Source: Auanema rhodensis (Eukaryota; Animalia; Nematoda). Taken from it: 64,000 bases of DNA. Shown piece by piece: positions 56,601 to 64,000 of this stretch. Where the stretch lies: the NCBI GenBank assembly GCA_964057225.1, contig CAXKVF010000072.1, positions 744,001 through 808,000 on the forward strand, written 5' to 3'. The number at the start of each line of letters is the position of its first letter. Position 1 is the stretch's first letter. A program made the translations under genes and the position numbers. The notes beneath the pieces are model-generated. The model worked only from the letters and a program-made list of their open reading frames with translations, was not told where the DNA came from and did no database searches.

Positions 56601-59600
56601 TGGACATGGGGAATCTAATTTTGAAAACCGCATCTCTTTATCTTTCACGTGAAGCGAGTTACATACCAAGTGCACATCACGTGTACATTTAATTAGCATA
56701 AATTAAAGTTCACGTAAATTTCAAAGTCATGGTTACCATGAACCAATATCAATAAAAATTTGTTTTTAGACTAATATGAACATGGGGAATCTAATTTTGA
56801 AAACCGCATCTCTTTATCTTTCACTTGAAGCGAGTTACATACCAAGTGCACATCACTTGTACATTTAATTAGCATAAATTAAAGTTCACGTAAATTTCAA
56901 AGTCATGGTTACCATGAACCAAAATCAATAAAAATTTGTTTTTAGACTAATATGGACATGGGGAATCTAATTTTGAAAACCGCATCTCTTTATCTTTCAC
57001 GTGAAGCGAGTTACATACCAAGTGCACATCACGTGTACATTTAATTAGCATAAATTAAAGTTCACGTAAATTTCAAAGTCATGGTTACCATGAAGCAATA
57101 TCAATAAAAATTTGTTTTTAGACTAATATGGACATGGGGAATATAATTTTGAAAACCGCATCTCTTTATCTTTCACGTGAAGCGAGTTACATACCAAGTG
57201 CACATCACGTGTACATTTAATTAGCATAAATTAAAGTTCACGTAAATTTCAAAGTCATGGTTACCATGAACTAATATCAATAAAAATTTGTTTTTAGACT
57301 AATATGGACATGGGGAATCTAATTTTGAAAACCGCATCTCTTCATCTTTCACGTGAAGCGAGTTACATACCAAGTGCACATCACGTGTACATTTAATTAG
57401 CATAAATTAAAGTTCACGTAAATTTCAAAGTCATGGTTACCATGAACCAATATCAATAAAAATTTGTTTTTAGACTAATATGGACATGGGGAATCTAATT
57501 TTGAAAACCGCATCTCTTCATCTTTCACGTGAAGCGAGTTACATACCAAGTGCACATCACGTGTACATTTAATTAGCATAAATTAAAGTTCACGTAAATT
57601 TCAAAGTCATGGTTACCATGAACCAATATCAATAAAAATTTGTTTTTAGACTAATATGGACATGGGGAATCTAATTTCGAAAACCGCATCTTTTTATCTT
57701 TCACGTGAAGCGAGTTACATACCAAGTGCACATCACGTGTACATTTAATTAGCATAAATTAAAGTTCACGTAAATTTCAAAGTCATGGTTACCATGCACC
57801 AATATCAATAAAAATTTGTTTTTAGACTAATATGGACATGGGGAATCTAATTTTGAAAACCGCATCTCTTTATCTTTCACGTGAAGCGAGTTACATACCA
57901 AGTGCACATCACGTGTACATTTAATTAGCATAAATTAAAGTTCACGTAAATTTCAAAGTCATGGTTACCATGAACCAATATCAATAAAATTTGTTTTTAG
58001 ACTAATATGGACATGGGGAATCTAATTTCGAAAACCGCATCTCTTTATCTTTCACGTGAAGCGAGTTACATACCAAGTGCACATCACGTGTACATTTAAT
58101 TAGCATAAATTAAAGTTCACGTAAATTTCAAAGTCATGGTTACCATGAACTAATATCAATAAAAATTTGTTTTTAGACTAATATGGACATGGGGAATCTA
58201 ATTTTGAAAACCGCATCTCTTTATCTTTCACGTGAAGCGAGTTACATACCAAGTGCACATCACGTGTACATTTAATTAGCATAAATTAAAGTTCACGTAA
58301 ATTTCAAAGTCATGGTTACCATGAACCAATATCAATAAAAATTTGTTTTTAGACTAATATGGACATGGGGAATCTAATTTTGAAAACCGCATCTCTTCAT
58401 CTTTCACGTGAAGCGAGTTACATACCAAGTGCACATCACGTGTACATTTAATTAGCATAAATTAAAGTTCACGTAAATTTCAAAGTCATGGTTACCATGA
58501 ACCAATATCAATAAAAATTTGTTTTTAGACTAATATGGACATGGGGAATCTAATTTTGAAAACCGCATCTCTTCATCTTTCACGTGAAGCGAGTTACATA
58601 CCAAGTGCACATCACGTGTACATTTAATTAGCATAAATTAAAGTTCACGTAAATTTCAAAGTCATGGTTACCATGAACCAATATCAATAAAAATTTGTTT
58701 TTAGACTAATATGGACATGGGGAATCTAATTTTGAAAACCGCATCTCTTTATCTTTCACGTGAAGCGAGTTACATACCAAGTGCACATCACGTGTACATT
58801 TAATTAGCATAAATTAAAGTTCACGTAAATTTCAAAGTCATGGTTACCATGAACCAATATCAATAAAAATTTGTTTTTAGACTAATATGGACATGGGGAA
58901 TCTAATTTTGAAAACCGCATCTCTTTATCTTTCACGTGAAGCGAGTTACATACCAAGTGCACATCACGTGTACATTTAATTAGCATAAATTAAAGTTCAC
59001 GTAAATTTCAAAGTCATGGTTACCATGAACCAAAATCAATAAAAATTTGTTTTTAGACTAATATGGACATGGGGAATCTAATTTTGAAAACCGCATCTCT
59101 TTATCTTTCACGTGAAGCGAGTTACATACCAAGTGCACATCACGTGTACATTTAATTAGCATAAATTAAAGTTCACGTAAATTTCAAAGTCATGGTTACC
59201 ATGCACCAATATCAATAAAAATTTGTTTTTAGACTAATATGGACATGGGGAATCTAATTTTGAAAACCGCATCTCTTTATCTTTCACGTGAAGCGAGTTA
59301 CATACCAAGTGCACATCACGTGTACATTTAATTAGCATAAATTAAAGTTCACGTAAATTTCAAAGTCATGGTTACCATGAACCAATATCAATAAAAATTT
59401 GTTTTTAGACTAATATGGACATGGGGAATCTAATTTTGAAAACCGCATCTCTTTATCTTTCACGTGAAGCGAGTTACATACCAAGTGCACATCACGTGTA
59501 CATTTAATTAGCATAAATTAAAGTTCACGTAAATTTCAAAGTCATGGTTACCATGAAGCAATATCAATAAAAATTTGTTTTTAGACTAATATGGACATGG

Positions 59601-61075
59601 GGAATATAATTTTGAAAACCGCATCTCTTTATCTTTCACGTGAAGCGAGTTACATACCAAGTGCACATCACGTGTACATTTAATTAGCATAAATTAAAGT
59701 TCACGTAAATTTCAAAGTCATGGTTACCATGAACCAATATCAATAAAAATTTGTTTTTAGACTAATATGGACATGGGGAATCTAATTTTGAAAACCGCAT
59801 CTCTTTATCTTTCACGTGAAGCGAGTTACATACCAAGTGCACATCACGTGTACATTTAATTAGCATAAATTAAAGTTCACGTAAATTTCAAAGTCATGGT
59901 TACCATGAACCAATATCAATAAAAATTTGTTTTTAGACTAATATGGACATGGGGAATCTAATTTTGAAAACCGCATCTCTTTATCTTTCACTTGAAGCGA
60001 GTTACATACCAAGTGCACATCACTTGTACATTTAATTAGCATAAATTAAAGTTCACGTAAATTTCAAAGTCATGGTTACCATGAACTAATATCAATAAAA
60101 ATTTGTTTTTAGACTAATATGGACATGAAGAATCTAATTTTGAAAACCGCATCTCTTTATCTTTCACGTGAAGCGAGTTACATACCAAGTGCACATCACG
60201 TGTACATTTAATTAGCATAAATTAAAGTTCACGTAAATTTCAAAGTCATGGTTACCATGAACCAATATCAATAAAAATTTGTTTTTAGACTAATATGGAC
60301 ATGGGGAATCTAATTTTGAAAACCGCATCTCTTTATCTTTCACGTGAAGCGAGTTACATACCAAGTGCACATCACGTGTACATTTAATTAGCATAAACTA
60401 AAGTTCACGTAAATTTCAAAGTCATGGTTACCATGAACCAATATCAATAAAAATTTGTTTTTAGACTAATATGAACATGGGGAATCTAATTTTGAAAACC
60501 GCATCTCTTTATCTTTCACGTGAAGCGAGTTACATACCAAGTGCACATCACGTGTACATTTAATTAGCATAAATTAAAGTTCACGTAAATTTCAAAGTCA
60601 TGGTTACCATGAACTAATATCAATAAAAATTTGTTTTTAGACTAATATGGACATGAAGAATCTAATTTTGAAAACCGCATCTCTTTATCTTTCACGTGAA
60701 GCGAGTTACATACCAAGTGCACATCACGTGTACATTTAATTAGCATAAATTAAAGTTCACGTAAATTTCAAAGTCATGGTTACCATGAACCAATATCAAT
60801 AAAAATTTGTTTTTAGACTAATATGGACATGGGGAATCTAATTTTGAAAACCGCATCTCTTTATCTTTCACGTGAAGCGAGTTACATACCAAGTGCACAT
60901 CACGTGTACATTTAATTAGCATAAACTAAAGTTCACGTAAATTTCAAAGTCATGGTTACCATGAACCAATATCAATAAAAATTTGTTTTTAGACTAATAT
61001 GAACATGGGGAATCTAATTTTGAAAACCGCATCTCTTTATCTTTCACGTGAAGCGAGTTACATACCAAGTGCACA
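50695..61075 (+). repeat. Large block duplication (51046.. vs 57205.., 35-monomer offset) with nested 7-monomer and 3-monomer duplications
   Basis: Shared A-deletion+TTTCGAAA, CCAAAAT, GAATATA, double CACTTG, ATGAAG and ATGAAC variants. 7-mers: 51925-53156/53157-54388 and 54389-55620/55621-56852. 3-mer: 60020-60547/60548-61075. Confidence 0.82.
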
Positions 61076-62659
61076 TCACGTGTACATTTAATTAGCATAA
61101 ATTAAAGTTCACGTAAATTTCAAAGTCATGGTTGCCATGAACTAATATCAATACAAATTTGTTTTTAGACTAATATGGACATGGGTAATCTAATTTTGAA
61201 AACCGCATCTCTTTATCTTTCACGTGAAGCGAGTTACATACCAAGTGCACATCACGTGTACATTTAATTAGCATAAATTAAAGTTCACGTAAATTTCAAA
61301 GTCATGGTTACCATGAACCAATATCAATAAAAATTCGTTTTTAGACTAATATGGACATGGGGAATCTAATTTTGAAAACCGCATCTCTTTATCTTTCACG
61401 TGAAGCGAGTTACATACCAAGTGCACATCACGTGTACATTTAATTAGCATAAATTAAAGTTCACGTAAATTTCAAAGTCATGGTTACCATGAACCAATAT
61501 CAATAAAAATTTGTTTTTAGACTAATATGGACATGGGGAATCTAATTTTGAAAACCGCATCTCTTTATCTTTCACGTGAAGCGAGTTACATACCAAGTGC
61601 ACATCACGTGTACATTTAATTAGCATAAATTAAAGTTCACGTAAATTTCAAAGTCATGGTTACCATGAACCAATATCAATAAAAATTTGTTTTTAGACTA
61701 ATATGGACATGGGGAATCTAATTTTGAAAACCGCATCTCTTTATCTTTCACGTGAAGCGAGTTACATACCAAGTGCACATCACGTGTACATTTAATTAGC
61801 ATAAATTAAAGTTCACGTAAATTTCAAAGTCATGGTTACCATGCACCAATATCAATAAAAATTTGTTTTTAGACTAATATGGACATGGGGAATCTAATTT
61901 TGAAAACCGCATCTCTTTATCTTTCACGTGAAGCGAGTTACATACCAAGTGCACATCACGTGTACATTTAATTAGCATAAATTAAAGTTCACGTAAATTT
62001 CAAAGTCATGGTTACCATGAACCAATATCAATAAAAATTTGTTTTTAGACTAATATGGACATGGGGAATCTAATTTTGAAAACCGCATCTCTTTATCTTT
62101 CACGTGAAGCGAGTTACATACCAAGTGCACATTACGTGTACATTTAATTAGCATAAATTAAAGTTCACGTAAATTTCAAAGTCATGGTTACCATGAACCA
62201 ATATCAATAAAAATTTGTTTTTAGACTAATATGGACATGGGGAATCTAATTTTGAAAACCGCATCTCTTTATCTTTCACGTGAAGCGAGTTACATACCAA
62301 GTGCACATCACGTGTACATTTAATTAGCATAAATTAAAGTTCACGTAAATTTCAAAGTCATGGTTGCCATGAACTAATATCAATACAAATTTGTTTTTAG
62401 ACTAATATGGACATGGGGAATCTAATTTTGAAAACCGCATCTCTTTATCTTTCACGTGAAGCGAGTTACATACCAAGTGCACATCACGTGTACATTTAAT
62501 TAGCATAAATTAAAGTTCACGTAAATTTCAAAGTCATGGTTACCATGAACCAATATCAATAAAAATTCGTTTTTAGACTAATATGGACATGGGGAATCTA
62601 ATTTTGAAAACCGCATCTCTTTATCTTTCACGTGAAGCGAGTTACATACCAAGTGCACA
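61076..62659 (+). repeat. 7-monomer (1232 bp) offset duplication
   Basis: GGTTGCC+AACT+AATAC monomers at 61076 and 62308, each followed by an AATTCG monomer. Confidence 0.78.
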
Positions 62660-64000
62660 TCACGTGTACATTTAATTAGCATAAATTAAAGTTCACGTAA
62701 ATTTCAAAGTCATGGTTACCATGAACCAATATCAATAAAAATTTGTTTTTAGACTAATATGGACATGGGGAATCTAATTTTGAAAACCGCATCTCTTTAT
62801 CTTTCACGTGAAGCGAGTTACATACCAAGTGCACATCACGTGTACATTTAATTAGCATAAATTAAAGTTCACGTAAATTTCAAAGTCATGGTTACCATGA
62901 ACCAATATCAATAAAAATTTGTTTTTAGACTAATATGGACATGGGGAATCTAATTTTGAAAACCGCATCTCTTTATCTTTCACGTGAAGCGAGTTACATA
63001 CCAAGTGCACATCACGTGTACATTTAATTAGCATAAATTAAAGTTCACGTAAATTTCAAAGTCATGGTTACCATGAACCAATATCAATAAAAATTTGTTT
63101 TTAGACTAATATGGACATGGGGAATCTAATTTTGAAAACCGCATCTCTTTATCTTTCACGTGAAGCGAGTTACATACCAAGTGCACATCACGTGTACATT
63201 TAATTAGCATAAATTAAAGTTCACGTAAATTTCAAAGTCATGGTTACCATGAACCAATATCAATAAAAATTTGTTTTTAGACTAATATGGACATGGGGAA
63301 TCTAATTTTGAAAACCGCATCTCTTTATCTTTCACGTGAAGCGAGTTACATACCAAGTGCACATCACGTGTACATTTAATTAGCATAAATTGAAGTTCAC
63401 GTAAATTTCAAAGTCATGGTTACCATGAACCAATATCAATAAAAATTTGTTTTTAGACTAATATGGACATGGGGAATCTAATTTTGAAAACCGCATCTCT
63501 TTATCTTTCACGTGAAGCGAGTTACATACCAAGTGCACATCACGTGTACATTTAATTAGCATAAATTAAAGTTCACGTAAATTTCAAAGTCATGGTTACC
63601 ATGAACCAATATCAATAAAAATTTGTTTTTAGACTAATATGGACATGGGGAATCTAATTTTGAAAACCGCATCTCTTTATCTTTCACGTGAAGCGAGTTA
63701 CATACCAAGTGCACATCACGTGTACATTTAATTAGCATAAATTAAAGTTCACGTAAATTTCAAAGTCATGGTTACCATGAACCAATATCAATAAAAATTT
63801 GTTTTTAGACTAATATGGACATGGGGAATCTAATTTTGAAAACCGCATCTCTTTATCTTTCACGTGAAGCGAGTTACATACCAAGTGCACATCACGTGTA
63901 CATTTAATTGGCATAAATTAAAGTTCACGTAAATTTCAAAGTCATGGTTACCATGCACCAATATCAATAAAAATTTGTTTTTAGACTAATATGGACATGG

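Larger units (their letters stand above)
1..64000 (+). repeat. 176-bp tandem satellite DNA array (~363.6 copies), candidate centromeric/pericentromeric satellite; extends beyond both window edges
   Basis: TCACGTGTACATTT recurs at 1, 177, 353 and onward. The sequence at 2641 and 5281 is back in phase with position 1 (15 x 176 = 2640). The last monomer starts at 63892 = 1 + 363x176 + 6 insertions - 3 deletions. No non-satellite sequence or inversion seen. The centromeric role is an inference from unit size and homogeneity only. Confidence 0.99.

Noticed and set aside
65-63960. Idea that the allele string at positions 65-68 encodes information or acts as a programmed variable cassette
   Set aside because: The order is adequately explained by nested block duplication of linked variants. 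There is no recombinase, reading frame or other evidence of readout.
1-64000. CRISPR-like array (regular repeats containing palindromes)
   Set aside because: There are no unique spacers, since the full 176 bp is repeated. No leader or cas genes are present.

Overview
The whole window is one uninterrupted head-to-tail tandem array of a 176-bp, AT-rich satellite (~32% GC, 56/176). It holds 363 full monomers plus a partial 364th starting at 63892, all in one orientation. Consensus: TCACGTGTACATTTAATTAGCATAAATTAAAGTTCACGTAAATTTCAAAGTCATGGTTACCATGAACCAATATCAATAAAAATTTGTTTTTAGACTAATATGGACATGGGGAATCTAATTTTGAAAACCGCATCTCTTTATCTTTCACGTGAAGCGAGTTACATACCAAGTGCACA. Monomers differ from this by about 0-4 substitutions. 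The only indels I found are +1/-1 A in a single A5 run. I found no credible genes, RNA genes, transposons or CRISPR array. The three 60-aa ORFs arise from one stop-removing satellite variant. The nucleosome-sized unit, high homogeneity and nested block duplications fit a eukaryotic centromeric or pericentromeric satellite, but I do not recognise the family or host. The most notable points are: (i) a monomer packed with short dyads and three ACGT-core boxes spaced 32-33 bp apart; (ii) several variants that perfect or invert these dyads, notably a linked double CACGTG>CACTTG change, suggesting template-switch mutagenesis; (iii) a readable history of local 3- to 35-monomer duplications with chimeric junction monomers; (iv) almost no CpG decay. 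The sequence does not support a new protein-based system. All variant mapping was done by eye and should be confirmed computationally.
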